From Bacillales bacterium UBA4278 (GTDB taxonomy: Bacteria; Bacillota_I; Bacilli_A; RFN20; CAG-826): 64,000 nucleotides of DNA. The stretch's first letter is position 1. Each line of letters opens with the position of its first letter. The notes beneath the pieces are model-generated. The model saw only the letters and a program-made list of their open reading frames with translations, ran no database searches and was not told the DNA's origin. The position numbers and the translations under genes were made by a program. Below are positions 1 to 9,262 of this stretch, piece after piece. The stretch covers positions 848 to 64,847 of the forward strand of contig DGVS01000007.1 in NCBI GenBank assembly GCA_002395065.1, written 5' to 3'.

Positions 1-2
1 TA

Positions 3-728
3 AAAGAGAAACTTGGAGTCGAATTAGTTGATATTTCTTTTGAAAGTTTTCGAAAAGAAATTGATGAAGCAAAAGATGTTGTTGATCCAGTGGTTTTTGA
101 ACCAAAATTAAATGAAAAAGTTTCTTTAGAAACTTTAAAAGGTGCTCTTAAAATCTATAGCGCATTAAGAAACATCATTCAAAAGAACAATTTAAATGGT
201 GTTACAGTTCGTTGTTTTGATCTTCTTGGAACACTTCATAATACATCGTGTTTAGCTCTAGCAATGCTCAATAAAGATGGTTACATTGCGACATGTGAAG
301 GAGACGTTCCAACAATGCTGACAATGGCGCTTGTTCGCCAGTTGACTCACCAGTCTGCCTTCCAAGTTAATCCAAGTTACATCAATGTGAAGAATCGTTA
401 TGCTATTTTCGCACACTGTACACTTCCTCTTGATATGTGTTTAAGTTATCGATTTGACACCCATTTTGAAAGTGGCATTGGACTGGGAATTGCTGGACGA
501 CTTAATCTTGGAAAAGTCACTGTTTTAAAGGTCAATAAGGACTGGTCAAAATTCCAGGTATTTGATGCAAAAATCACCGCAAATCTCGGTCGAAATGACC
601 TTTGTAGAACCCAAGTAAAAGTTGAATTTGATGAAGATATTTCCTCGCTTTTAGATGAGCCATTAGGTAATCATATTGTCATCTGTTATGGGGCGCACAA
701 GAAGGAAATTGAAGATCTTTTAAAATAA
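3..728 (+). CDS. sugar isomerase of the L-fucose/L-arabinose isomerase-like family, C-terminal part (5' end lies outside the window)
   Basis: Frame 3 is open from base 3, with no stop before the listed Met at 90, so the gene starts upstream of the window. The pattern VRCFDLL...SCLALAMLN...ATCEGDVPT resembles the C-terminal half of FucI/AraA-like isomerases. A hairpin terminator follows. Confidence 0.45.
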   Translation, partial: KEKLGVELVDISFESFRKEIDEAKDVVDPVVFEPKLNEKVSLETLKGALKIYSALRNIIQKNNLNGVTVRCFDLLGTLHNTSCLALAMLNKDGYIATCEGDVPTMLTMALVRQLTHQSAFQVNPSYINVKNRYAIFAHCTLPLDMCLSYRFDTHFESGIGLGIAGRLNLGKVTVLKVNKDWSKFQVFDAKITANLGRNDLCRTQVKVEFDEDISSLLDEPLGNHIVICYGAHKKEIEDLLK

Positions 729-743
729 CAAAGAAATCAAAAT

Positions 744-773
744 AGAGAACTCCTAAAAGGGTTCTCTTTTTTT
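744..773 (+). terminator. rho-independent terminator
   Basis: Stem agagaac (744-750) pairs with gttctct (761-767), followed by a T-run at 768-773. Confidence 0.7.
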
Positions 774-800
774 GACAACATCTTTATATCGTGCTATATT
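772..800 (+). promoter_or_regulatory. sigma-70 type promoter of the yloV-plsX-rnc operon
   Basis: TTGACA at 772-777, a 17-nt spacer, and TATATT at 795-800. Confidence 0.6.
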
Positions 801-806
801 ACGGGC

Positions 807-824
807 AAGATAACTTGTTATCTT
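807..824. promoter_or_regulatory. perfect 8+2+8 palindrome (AAGATAAC-TT-GTTATCTT); candidate operator or 5' stem-loop
   Basis: It lies 7 nt downstream of the -10 box, so it covers the predicted transcript start. Confidence 0.35.
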
Positions 825-881
825 TGATTTTAATATCGTGCCTAATTACTTATTTTAAATATCAAAAAGAAGGTGAGCAGT

Positions 882-2546
882 ATGAAAACTATTGATGGAA
901 AAACCTTGAAGGAGATGTTCGTCTCAGCGAGCAACAATCTCTACAATCATTATCCAGAAGTTGACGCACTCAATGTCTTCCCAGTACCAGATGGAGACAC
1001 TGGCATGAACATGTCGATGACGATGACCAATGGTGCTAAATTCGTGAAAGATCTTGATAGCGACGACGCCTACCAAGTTGCTAATACATTTGCAAAAGGC
1101 TTACTAATGGGTGCTCGTGGAAACTCTGGCGTTATTACATCACAAATCTTCCGCGGTTTCGCTCAAAGTCTTGAAGGAAAGAAGAGCATTAACTCAGTTC
1201 AATTATCCGAAGCATTCAAAAATGGTGCTAAGGTAGCATATAAAGCAGTTATTCGCCCAGTTGAAGGAACAATTCTAACAGTTGTTCGTGAATCAAGCGC
1301 GGCGTTAAATGAATTCACCGAAACATCCACAGGAATTGTGGAAGCGGTTGAGAAACTTGTTTCTGAAGCGAAGAAATCTTTAAAACGTACCCCAGATCTT
1401 TTACCAGTTCTTAAAGAAGTCGGTGTTGTCGACTCTGGTGGTGCTGGTTTAGTGAAGATTTTTGAAGGTATGCTTTCTTTCCTTAAAGGGAAATTCATTG
1501 AAAGAGAAGAGAGTGCTTCCCAAGAGAAAGCGAAAGTTGAATCTCCAATCGGAGATATGGATAAGGATGATGAGTTTGGTTATTGCACCGAATTCATCAT
1601 GCGCCTAGGTCCAGCTGACGAAAAAGAAAAGTTCGATGAACAATCGTTTAAAGCCACTTTGATTGAACGAGGTAATTCTATTGTTGTAGTTCGCGATGAT
1701 GATATTGTTAAAGTTCATATTCACACATTAAATCCAGGTAATATTCTTACCTTTGCTCAAGCTTATGGTGAATTTGTCACGATTAAAGTTGAGAATATGA
1801 CTGAACAACATAGTAAACTTCAAACCCCACCTTCTTTAAAGAAGAAAGAGGAAGAATCCAAACCAGTTCCAACTGTTCCAACCCAAGCATATGGCTTGGT
1901 GGCTATTTCTGCTGGCAAAGGTATTGATGAAATGTTTACTGCTATTGGCGCAAACGAAATCGTCAGTGGTGGTCAAACAATGAATCCATCGATCGAAGAT
2001 ATCGCTAACGCCTGCCGACGTTGCAATGCGAAAACAGTTTACGTTTTCCCAAATAACTCCAACATTGTCATGGCTGCTGTTCAAGCTGCCGATGTTCTTT
2101 CTGATGAATTTAAGGTCTATGTTGTTCCAACCAAGACCATTCCACAAGGTATTGCAGCATGCTCCGTCTTTAATGAAGACGTTTCCCCAGCCGAGAACTT
2201 CAAGACCATGAAGGAAGAATTGAAAAACATTCATTCTGGATCTGTTACTTATGCAATCAAGGATACCAAGATGAACGGTGTTGAAGTGAAGAAAGACTAC
2301 TTCATGGGCATCTACGAGAAGAAGATTATCTCCTGCCACCGACGTGTCGCACACGCCTTATATGACTTACTTGAAGCAATGGTGACTGAAGATACATTCT
2401 TAATTACCATTCTTGTTGGTGCTGATATCAACGATGAAAGGATGAATAACATCGCTGAAAAGATCATGAAGAAATATGAGAATATCGAAATTGATATTCG
2501 TCGTGGTGATCAACCAGTTTATTCATTCCTCGTTGGCGTGGAATAA
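882..2546 (+). CDS. yloV: DAK2 domain-containing protein (YloV family)
   Basis: 554 aa from ATG 882, with SD AGAAGGTGA just upstream; the ORF-track GTG at 873 lies inside that SD. It has a Dak2/DhaL-like N-terminus (DGDTGMNM, GARGNSGVI) and a DegV-like C-terminal half. It sits upstream of plsX, the conserved position. Confidence 0.85.
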   Translation: MKTIDGKTLKEMFVSASNNLYNHYPEVDALNVFPVPDGDTGMNMSMTMTNGAKFVKDLDSDDAYQVANTFAKGLLMGARGNSGVITSQIFRGFAQSLEGKKSINSVQLSEAFKNGAKVAYKAVIRPVEGTILTVVRESSAALNEFTETSTGIVEAVEKLVSEAKKSLKRTPDLLPVLKEVGVVDSGGAGLVKIFEGMLSFLKGKFIEREESASQEKAKVESPIGDMDKDDEFGYCTEFIMRLGPADEKEKFDEQSFKATLIERGNSIVVVRDDDIVKVHIHTLNPGNILTFAQAYGEFVTIKVENMTEQHSKLQTPPSLKKKEEESKPVPTVPTQAYGLVAISAGKGIDEMFTAIGANEIVSGGQTMNPSIEDIANACRRCNAKTVYVFPNNSNIVMAAVQAADVLSDEFKVYVVPTKTIPQGIAACSVFNEDVSPAENFKTMKEELKNIHSGSVTYAIKDTKMNGVEVKKDYFMGIYEKKIISCHRRVAHALYDLLEAMVTEDTFLITILVGADINDERMNNIAEKIMKKYENIEIDIRRGDQPVYSFLVGVE

Positions 2547-2555
2547 GGAGAAATT

Positions 2556-3521
2556 ATGGTTAAGTTAATTGTTGATTTAATGGGCGGAGACAACGGCTAT
2601 AAAGCCACTGTTGAAGCGATCAATAAATTTGTTAATGAACACGACGATTGTGAAATCGTTGGTGTGGGAGATCCTGCTGTTCTTTCTGATTTATCAGAAA
2701 AGGTGCGTGTGATTCCATCATCAACCATCGCACCTATGGAATGTAGCGTCATGCAAGCAATGCGCGATAAAGAGTCCAGCGTGTACAAAGCCGTTTCAAA
2801 CGTTATCGTAGAAAACGCTGATGGTGTTGTCTCTGCTGGTTCAACCGGTGCATTCCTTTCACTTTGCACTTTAATCTTGAAAAAGATTGATGGTATTTCC
2901 CGTCCTGCATTAACAACCCCATTCCCAACAAAAAAAGATAAATATGTTATTCTTTGCGACATTGGCGCGTCCGTAGAAAATAACGCCCACGAATTATGCC
3001 AATTCGCAAAAATGGGTCAAGCATATGCCAGCGCATTATACGGGACTAAGAAACCGACATATCAGCTTATATCAAACGGAGTTGAAGAAGGAAAAGGTAC
3101 TCCAGAGCTGATCGAAGCTTATTCAATGATGAAAGCTGATCCTTTGTTTAAAGGATATGTTGAAGGACGTCACGTTGTTGATGGCGAATCAGATGTTGTT
3201 GTCTTCCCAGGATTTGTTGGTAATGTCTTCTTAAAAACAAGTGAAGGCATTGGTAAGATGTGCGGAGATATGTTAAAAGACGCATTCACCAAAAACATTT
3301 TTACAAAAATCGGTTATCTTTTTGCTAAAGGCGGAATGAAAGATTTCAAATCAAAAATGGATTATAAACGCTACGGTGGAGCAATGTTAATTGGTGTGAA
3401 TAAGATTGCTGTTAAGTCACACGGAAACGCTGATGCTCGCACATTTTATAACGCTGTTAATTTAGCATACAATTTAGCGAAAAACGATTTAGTTGGAAAA
3501 GTTAAAGAAAGTTTAAAATAA
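2556..3521 (+). CDS. plsX: phosphate acyltransferase PlsX
   Basis: 321 aa with LMGGDNG, SAGSTGA and VKSHGNAD motifs. SD is GGAGA. The plsX-rnc context is conserved. Confidence 0.93.
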   Translation: MVKLIVDLMGGDNGYKATVEAINKFVNEHDDCEIVGVGDPAVLSDLSEKVRVIPSSTIAPMECSVMQAMRDKESSVYKAVSNVIVENADGVVSAGSTGAFLSLCTLILKKIDGISRPALTTPFPTKKDKYVILCDIGASVENNAHELCQFAKMGQAYASALYGTKKPTYQLISNGVEEGKGTPELIEAYSMMKADPLFKGYVEGRHVVDGESDVVVFPGFVGNVFLKTSEGIGKMCGDMLKDAFTKNIFTKIGYLFAKGGMKDFKSKMDYKRYGGAMLIGVNKIAVKSHGNADARTFYNAVNLAYNLAKNDLVGKVKESLK

Positions 3522-4201
3522 TGAAGAATATCCAAGAATTGCTGGTTAAATTTAACATCAAACCTCATTCGTTAGCGAATTATGAGGAAGCTTTTACACA
3601 CTCTTCTTTTAACGCTGATGCAAACACAAAACACTACGATTATGAACGTTTTGAATTCTTGGGTGATTCTGTGATTAATATGGTTGTAACTGAGTATGCT
3701 TTTAAAGTTCATCCTGAAATGGGTCAAGGCAATCTTACAAAACTTAAAAGTATGCTTGTTGCGACAAACTCCTTAGCGGCACTTTCATTAAAGTACGGAT
3801 TACACGAATACATCCGTGTTGGCAATTCGTTTGTCGCTCAAATTAGTCAATCTAAACACTTGCTAGAAGATGTTTTTGAATCATTCATTGGTGCAGTTTA
3901 TCTTGACCAAGGTTTTGAATTCACCAAAAAACTTCTTTTAGATATTTTTGCAAAGGAGATCGAAAACTTTAATATCTCCGAAATGACGGATTACAAATCC
4001 AAACTACAAGAAGAAACGCAGGCAGAACATCGCGAATCAGTTGTCTATGAACTTATTAATGAGTCTGGGCCGGCACATGACCGTACCTTTACTGTTCGAG
4101 TCTTGTTTGACGGAATTGAACTCGGTGTAGGCACTGGTTCAACCAAGAAACAAGCTGAGCAAAACGCAGCTAAGCAAGCACTAGAAAAACGAGTTAAATA
4201 A
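3521..4201 (+). CDS. rnc: ribonuclease III
   Basis: 226 aa with the RNase III signature ERFEFLGDSV and a C-terminal dsRBD (GPAHDRTF...GSTKKQAEQNAA). It has a TAATG overlap with plsX. Confidence 0.95.
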   Translation: MKNIQELLVKFNIKPHSLANYEEAFTHSSFNADANTKHYDYERFEFLGDSVINMVVTEYAFKVHPEMGQGNLTKLKSMLVATNSLAALSLKYGLHEYIRVGNSFVAQISQSKHLLEDVFESFIGAVYLDQGFEFTKKLLLDIFAKEIENFNISEMTDYKSKLQEETQAEHRESVVYELINESGPAHDRTFTVRVLFDGIELGVGTGSTKKQAEQNAAKQALEKRVK

Positions 4202-4204
4202 TTT

Positions 4205-5188
4205 ATGGGTTTATTTAAATTTCTCAGAGAGAAGTTTTCTAAAAAGCAAGACGAAGAGACTAAAGTCTATGTCGAGGGAATGAGTAAATCCCGCGAGCAT
4301 TTTGCAAACAAACTTGATGAACTTTCCAAACGTTATAAAGAAGTCAATCAAGAATATTTTGAACAACTCGAAGAAATTTTAATTGAAGCCGATGTTGGAG
4401 TTTCTCTAACACTTCGTTTAATTGAAGAAGTCATTAATGAAAGTAAAGAACAAGGCATTAAAGAACCTAAACAAATCAATGAGCTTGTCGTAGACAAGAT
4501 GTTTGTCGGATACGCCGAAAAAGGCGATATTATTAACGAAGTTCAGTTTGTGAAAGATGGTCCGACAGTTTTACTAGTTGCCGGTGTTAATGGAGTTGGT
4601 AAAACAACATCTATTGCTAAACTGGCTTATCGCTATATTGCTCAAGGCAAGAAGGTTAAACTTTGTGCCGCAGATACATTTCGAGCCGGGGCAACAGAGC
4701 AACTAACAATCTGGGCCAATCGACTTGGTTGTGAAATCGTTGTTGGAAAAGCCAATTCTGATCCAGCAAGTGTTGCATATGATGCCGCGTATCAAGCCAA
4801 GCGTGATGGGACAGATCTTCTTATAGTTGATACCGCTGGTAGACTTCAAAACAAAATTAATTTAATGAACGAGTTAGCAAAAATTTCTCGTGTTATTTCT
4901 AAAGAAATCCCAAATGCTCCACACGAAGCATTCCTAATCATTGACGCAACAACCGGCCAAAACGGAGTAATTCAAGCTAAGCAATTCTTAGACTGCATTA
5001 AATTAACAGGAATTGTTATTACAAAGATGGATGGAACATCCAAAGGTGGAATTATTCTTGCTATCCGTGATGAACTTGGTGTACCAGTTCGCTTTATCGG
5101 TTTAGGCGAAAAGATGACTGATTTAGAAGAATTTGATTTAGATAAATATTTATATGGACTTTGCTTAGGAGGAAAGATTGATGAATAA
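4205..5188 (+). CDS. ftsY: signal recognition particle receptor FtsY
   Basis: 327 aa with SRP-GTPase motifs GVNGVGKTTS, DTAGRL and TKMDGTSKGG. Confidence 0.95.
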   Translation: MGLFKFLREKFSKKQDEETKVYVEGMSKSREHFANKLDELSKRYKEVNQEYFEQLEEILIEADVGVSLTLRLIEEVINESKEQGIKEPKQINELVVDKMFVGYAEKGDIINEVQFVKDGPTVLLVAGVNGVGKTTSIAKLAYRYIAQGKKVKLCAADTFRAGATEQLTIWANRLGCEIVVGKANSDPASVAYDAAYQAKRDGTDLLIVDTAGRLQNKINLMNELAKISRVISKEIPNAPHEAFLIIDATTGQNGVIQAKQFLDCIKLTGIVITKMDGTSKGGIILAIRDELGVPVRFIGLGEKMTDLEEFDLDKYLYGLCLGGKIDE

Positions 5189-5474
5189 CATTGAAGAAAC
5201 AGTTCACATCAATCGTTTGCTCGATATTTATGGCGAACTTTTAAGCAAAACACAATATGAAATTATGTGTGACTATTTCTGGGCAAATCTTTCTTTATCA
5301 GAGATTTCACAATTAAGAAAAATCAGTCGAACTGCTGTTTCTGATGCGATAAATAAAGGCATTGAAAAACTCAACATTTGCGAAGAAAAAGTTGGGATTT
5401 GCAAGGTTTTTGATGAATTTAAAGATGATGAAACTGCCCAAAAAATAGAGAGGAAATTACGCCATGGCATTTGA
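5181..5474 (+). CDS. ylxM: UPF0122/YlxM putative HTH protein
   Basis: 97 aa in the conserved slot between ftsY and ffh. ATG 5181, with AGGAGG 8 nt upstream, is preferred over the TTG at 5178. Confidence 0.8.
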   Translation: MNNIEETVHINRLLDIYGELLSKTQYEIMCDYFWANLSLSEISQLRKISRTAVSDAINKGIEKLNICEEKVGICKVFDEFKDDETAQKIERKLRHGI

Positions 5475-6822
5475 GTCTCTTAGTGAAAAGTTTCAAGGTA
5501 TTTTAAAGAAGATTCGTGGTCAGTCTCGATTGACTGAATCGAATATGGAAGACATGCTCAAGGAAGTGCGTATCGCTCTTCTTGAAGCCGATGTTAATTT
5601 TAAAGTTGTTAAGCAATTCACCGAGTCTGTAAAACAAAAAGCTATTGGTGAACAAGTGTATCTAAAAGTCAATCCTTCACAAATGGTGGTGAAGATTGTT
5701 CACGATGAATTGACCGAACTTTTGGGTTCTGGAGATAGTGAACTTAAATTTGAAAAGAACAAACCAACAATCATTCTTTTGGTAGGTCTACAAGGGACTG
5801 GTAAAACAACATCAGCCGGTAAATTAGCTTTGCTAATGAAGAAGAAACTAAATAAAAAAGTTCTTCTTGCTGCAGGTGATGTATATCGTCCAGCTGCGAT
5901 TGATCAGTTATCGCAGATTGGTGCACAAATTCAAGTTCCTGTATTTACAATGGGAACCGATGTTTCGCCTGTTGAAATCGCTAAAAAAGCAAAAGAAAAA
6001 GCATACAACGAACACTTTGATGTGTTGATTATTGATACTGCTGGTCGATTACAAATCGATGAGACTCTCATGAAGGAGTTAAATGATATTACCGATGCTG
6101 TTCAGCCAACAGAAACACTTCTTTTAGTAGATGCTATGTCTGGTCAAGACGCAATTAATGTTGCCACAGCATTCCATAGTGCATTAAACCTCACCGGTAT
6201 TATCATGTCTAAACTTGATGGTGATGCCCGTGGTGGTTCAGCTTTATCAATTAAACACCTAACAGGTGTTCCAATTAAATTTGCTGGTACTGGAGAAAAA
6301 CTTTCAGATTTAGATCAATTCCACCCAGATCGTATGGCGGACCGTATTCTAGGCATGGGTGATGTTGTCACTCTTGTTGAGAAGGTTAAAGAAGAAATTG
6401 ATGAAAAAGAAGCAGCCCGTGAAGCGAACAAAATGCTCGAAGGCAAGTTTACTTTGGATGATTTGATTGTCCAAATGAAACGTATTCAACGTATGGGCTC
6501 ACTCGGTGGACTTCTCCGTTTGATTCCGGGAATGCCAAAGATTACCGAAGAACAAAAGGAAGCCGGCGAAAAAGAAATGCGCACAATGGAAGCGATTGTC
6601 AATTCAATGACACCATATGAACGCAAACATCCAGAAGTATTAAAAAATTCTCGTAAAGTTCGCATCGCGAAAGGTTGCGGAAAGACCAACGCTGATATTA
6701 ATCGTCTTCTAAAGAAATTTGAACAAATGCAAGAGATGATGAAAAAGATGCAACAGTATAAAAAAACCGGGAGAATGCCTCCCGGAATGAATTTACCTGG
6801 TGGTGGAATCGGAGCGATGTAA
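5464..6822 (+). CDS. ffh: signal recognition particle protein Ffh
   Basis: 452 aa with GLQGTGKTTS, DTAGRL and SKLDGDARGG motifs and a Met-rich M domain. Confidence 0.96.
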   Translation: MAFESLSEKFQGILKKIRGQSRLTESNMEDMLKEVRIALLEADVNFKVVKQFTESVKQKAIGEQVYLKVNPSQMVVKIVHDELTELLGSGDSELKFEKNKPTIILLVGLQGTGKTTSAGKLALLMKKKLNKKVLLAAGDVYRPAAIDQLSQIGAQIQVPVFTMGTDVSPVEIAKKAKEKAYNEHFDVLIIDTAGRLQIDETLMKELNDITDAVQPTETLLLVDAMSGQDAINVATAFHSALNLTGIIMSKLDGDARGGSALSIKHLTGVPIKFAGTGEKLSDLDQFHPDRMADRILGMGDVVTLVEKVKEEIDEKEAAREANKMLEGKFTLDDLIVQMKRIQRMGSLGGLLRLIPGMPKITEEQKEAGEKEMRTMEAIVNSMTPYERKHPEVLKNSRKVRIAKGCGKTNADINRLLKKFEQMQEMMKKMQQYKKTGRMPPGMNLPGGGIGAM

Positions 6823-6838
6823 TTCGCTCCTTTTCTTT
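6811..6838. terminator. hairpin terminator between convergent ffh and trmD
   Basis: Stem ggagcga (6811-6817) pairs with tcgctcc (6824-6830), followed by TTTTCTTT. The ffh stop codon lies in the loop. Confidence 0.6.
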
Positions 6839-7610
6839 ACTTTGTAAATTTCTTACCTTTTTCTAAAGCATTTTTTAACCACTTTGGTTCATCTTCACCT
6901 TCATCAATTTCTTTGAGGAGTTTTTGATCCTGTTTGGTTAATGTGTGCTTTTCAAATAAGTCTGGTCGATATTTTCTTGTTAGACGAAGACTTTCTTTGC
7001 GTCGGTATTTTTCGATTGCTTCATGATTTCCGGTATAAAGAATATCTGGAACAACATGACCATCAAATTCTTTTGGTTCTGTGTATTGCGGATATTCAAG
7101 TAGTGAATCGGTGAATGTTTCTTCATCAAGTGAAGCATCAGTAATTGCTCCATCAAGAAGACGAATTACAGCATCTGAGATAGCCATCGCACCAATCTCT
7201 CCTCCGGTTAAAACATAATCGCCAATTGAGATTTCTTCATCGACATAATTTGAGACTCTTTCATCAACTCCTTCATAGTGTCCACAAACGATTGTTAAAT
7301 CTTCAAGTTTTGCAAAATTAACCGCGAATTGCTGGTTAAATTGTTTTCCTTTCGGACTCATTAAGATTTTATAACTATGAGGAGTTTCGATTGATTTTAG
7401 TGCATCTACAATTGGCTGACATTTCATAATTAAACCAGCTCCTCCGCCAATTGGTGGAGTATCAACTCGATGGTATTTATCGATGGTGAAATCACGAATA
7501 TTGATGATCTTAATTTCAACAACTTTCTTTGCCAAGGCGCGTTTAATAATCGAGTTTGTTAAGAACCCGTCAAACATCTCTGGAAATAAGGTTAAAATAT
7601 TGATTCTCAT
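6837..7610 (-). CDS. trmD: tRNA (guanine37-N1)-methyltransferase TrmD
   Basis: 257 aa with PPIGGGAGLIM and YVLTGGEIGAM motifs. It overlaps the rimM stop. Confidence 0.95.
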   Translation of the reverse strand: MRINILTLFPEMFDGFLTNSIIKRALAKKVVEIKIINIRDFTIDKYHRVDTPPIGGGAGLIMKCQPIVDALKSIETPHSYKILMSPKGKQFNQQFAVNFAKLEDLTIVCGHYEGVDERVSNYVDEEISIGDYVLTGGEIGAMAISDAVIRLLDGAITDASLDEETFTDSLLEYPQYTEPKEFDGHVVPDILYTGNHEAIEKYRRKESLRLTRKYRPDLFEKHTLTKQDQKLLKEIDEGEDEPKWLKNALEKGKKFTK

Positions 7611-8116
7611 GCAAGACCTTCAATGTAGTTGACAAAGATTTTTTTGCAATCCAGGTCAACCTCTTTAATAAATGCGTTCACAAATGGAATAAGGACATAG
7701 GTGTCCAACTCCGTTCTTACTCTTAGTGTGGCATAACTAGAATATTCTTCAACTTTAACAACTTTTCCGATGAATTTTCCTTTGTAGAAAAAGACTTCGC
7801 AACCAATCAAATCATTGAAGAAATATGTGTCTTTTTTTAAGAAAGAACGAGCTTTTTCGACAAATAAATCTTTCTTTAAAAAGAGTTGTGCTTCTTCGAT
7901 TGAAGAAATTTCTTCAAAAATGACTTGATCCATCGGTCCATTTTTAACATGTTTTTTGATAGTTAAAGATTTCCAAACTTCCCCATCTTCATTCATTAAT
8001 AAAACGTGATTCCCCACTTTAAAACGAGAATCACGAAAATGAGTTGTTGGATATATTCTAACTTCGCCTTTTAGTCCGACTGTTTTAACAATCGTACCAA
8101 CTAAGAGATATTCCAT
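7607..8116 (-). CDS. rimM: 16S rRNA processing protein RimM
   Basis: 169 aa with a VGTIVKTVGLKGEVRI N-terminus. It lies in the conserved rpsP-KH-rimM-trmD order. Confidence 0.9.
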   Translation of the reverse strand: MEYLLVGTIVKTVGLKGEVRIYPTTHFRDSRFKVGNHVLLMNEDGEVWKSLTIKKHVKNGPMDQVIFEEISSIEEAQLFLKKDLFVEKARSFLKKDTYFFNDLIGCEVFFYKGKFIGKVVKVEEYSSYATLRVRTELDTYVLIPFVNAFIKEVDLDCKKIFVNYIEGLA

Positions 8117-8373
8117 TATTTTTCTTCGTCGAATGATTCGAACTTTAAGTAAATATGTTTGTTTTCAGCTTTTGCAGCAATTGCCATAACTTCTCTTAAA
8201 GCATTGGCAACAGCACCCTTTTTGCCAATTAAACGAGCTGTATCTTCGTTTTCAGCACAAATTAAAAGGGTAACGTTTTTTTCATTATCACTTGGAAGTT
8301 CACGAACCATGATAGCTTCCGGATTGATTAAGAAAGGATCGACAATCGAGTGAATGATCTTTTCGTAATCCAT
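8116..8373 (-). CDS. KH domain RNA-binding protein (YlqC/UPF0109)
   Basis: 85 aa with the KH motif LIGKKGAVANALR. It sits between rpsP and rimM. Confidence 0.85.
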   Translation of the reverse strand: MDYEKIIHSIVDPFLINPEAIMVRELPSDNEKNVTLLICAENEDTARLIGKKGAVANALREVMAIAAKAENKHIYLKFESFDEEK

Positions 8374-8648
8374 TATTTTGCTCCTTTTTTAGAAGCAACG
8401 TATTTTTGCATAATGCCTTTCTTGGTGAAGAGTGTGCGAATGGAATCAGATGGTTGAGCACCTTTTGATAACCAAACTAATGCTAATTCTTCGTTAATGT
8501 CGGCATTTTCTGGTCCTTTTGCTGGATCGAAGTAACCGATTTGTTCAACATAACGTCCATCACGGGCAAAACGTGAATCGGCAACAACGACACGGTAGAT
8601 TGGATCTTTGTGACGTCCAATACGGGTTAATCTAATTTTGACTGACAT
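8373..8648 (-). CDS. rpsP: 30S ribosomal protein S16
   Basis: 91 aa beginning MSVKIRLTRIGRHKDPIYRVVVADSR. Confidence 0.97.
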   Translation of the reverse strand: MSVKIRLTRIGRHKDPIYRVVVADSRFARDGRYVEQIGYFDPAKGPENADINEELALVWLSKGAQPSDSIRTLFTKKGIMQKYVASKKGAK

Positions 8649-8675
8649 AAGTTATTCTCCTTTTCGTCGATGTTT

Positions 8676-8703
8676 ATTATATAAATAATATTGTTAGTGT
8701 CAA
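8676..8703 (-). promoter_or_regulatory. putative promoter of the inverted rpsP operon
   Basis: On the minus strand there is TTGACA (8698-8703), a 16-nt spacer and TATAAT (8676-8681). An SD GGAGAA lies before the ATG at 8648. Confidence 0.5.
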
Positions 8704-8744
8704 GTATTTTTACTTAACACCTTATAATTTCCTTTATAATTTTG

Positions 8745-8773
8745 TTGATTAACAAAACCATATTTGATAGTAT
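8745..8773 (+). promoter_or_regulatory. putative rplS promoter with an extended -10
   Basis: TTGATT at 8745-8750, a 17-nt spacer, and TGaTAGTAT at 8765-8773. Confidence 0.5.
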
Positions 8774-8779
8774 CTTACT

Positions 8780-8869
8780 TGCGAGTTTTAAAAACTCGAT
8801 GCAGACGTTCCGCTTTCAAGTCATGATATGAACGCCCTAAGAAATACTAGTTAGAGGAGGCAAAAAGAC
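8780..8869 (+). promoter_or_regulatory. structured 5' leader of rplS (candidate L19 autoregulatory leader)
   Basis: About 90 nt leader containing a hairpin (cgagtt-ttaaaa-aactcg) and a second imperfect stem (gacgttc...gaacgcc) before the SD GAGGAGG. Confidence 0.3.
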
Positions 8870-9217
8870 ATGAACACAAATATTGTTAATGAAATTACCG
8901 CTCGCCAACTTCGCAACGATGTCCCAGAATTCAAAGGTGGTGACACTGTCAAAGTTAGCGTTCGTATTATTGAAAACAATAAGGAACGTATCCAAGTCTT
9001 CCAAGGCGTCGTTATGCAACGCCGCGGCTCCGGTGTCAGTGAGACCTTCACTGTAAGAAAAATTTCTTCAGGTGTTGGCGTTGAAAGAACATTCCCTATT
9101 CACTCCCCAGCAATCGCTAAGATTGAAGTTGTGAAACATGGTAAGGTTCGTCGTAGTAGAATTACCTACTTACGTAATCGCTCTGGCAAAGCCGCTCGTA
9201 TTAAAGAAGTTATCTAA
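8870..9217 (+). CDS. rplS: 50S ribosomal protein L19
   Basis: 115 aa containing [25 protein letters not shown]. Confidence 0.97.
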   Translation: MNTNIVNEITARQLRNDVPEFKGGDTVKVSVRIIENNKERIQVFQGVVMQRRGSGVSETFTVRKISSGVGVERTFPIHSPAIAKIEVVKHGKVRRSRITYLRNRSGKAARIKEVI

Positions 9218-9232
9218 GATACGAAGCTTAAT

Positions 9233-9262
9233 AAAACCCGTCATTTGGCGGGTTTTTATTTT
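9233..9262 (+). terminator. rho-independent terminator after rplS
   Basis: Stem cccgtc pairs with ggcggg across a 4-nt loop, flanked by A and T runs. Confidence 0.7.

Noticed and set aside
1199-2354. Antisense or alternate-frame ORFs nested inside long genes. Examples are 1199-1498, 1836-2354, 2597-2962, 17359-17730, 18898-19347, 22031-22387, 25173-25709, 35586-35939, 38400-38768, 39563-39958, 45840-46157 and 50429-50816.
   Set aside because: Each lies wholly within a CDS that carries clear family motifs. Their translations are low-complexity or hydrophobic shadow-frame products without start signals.
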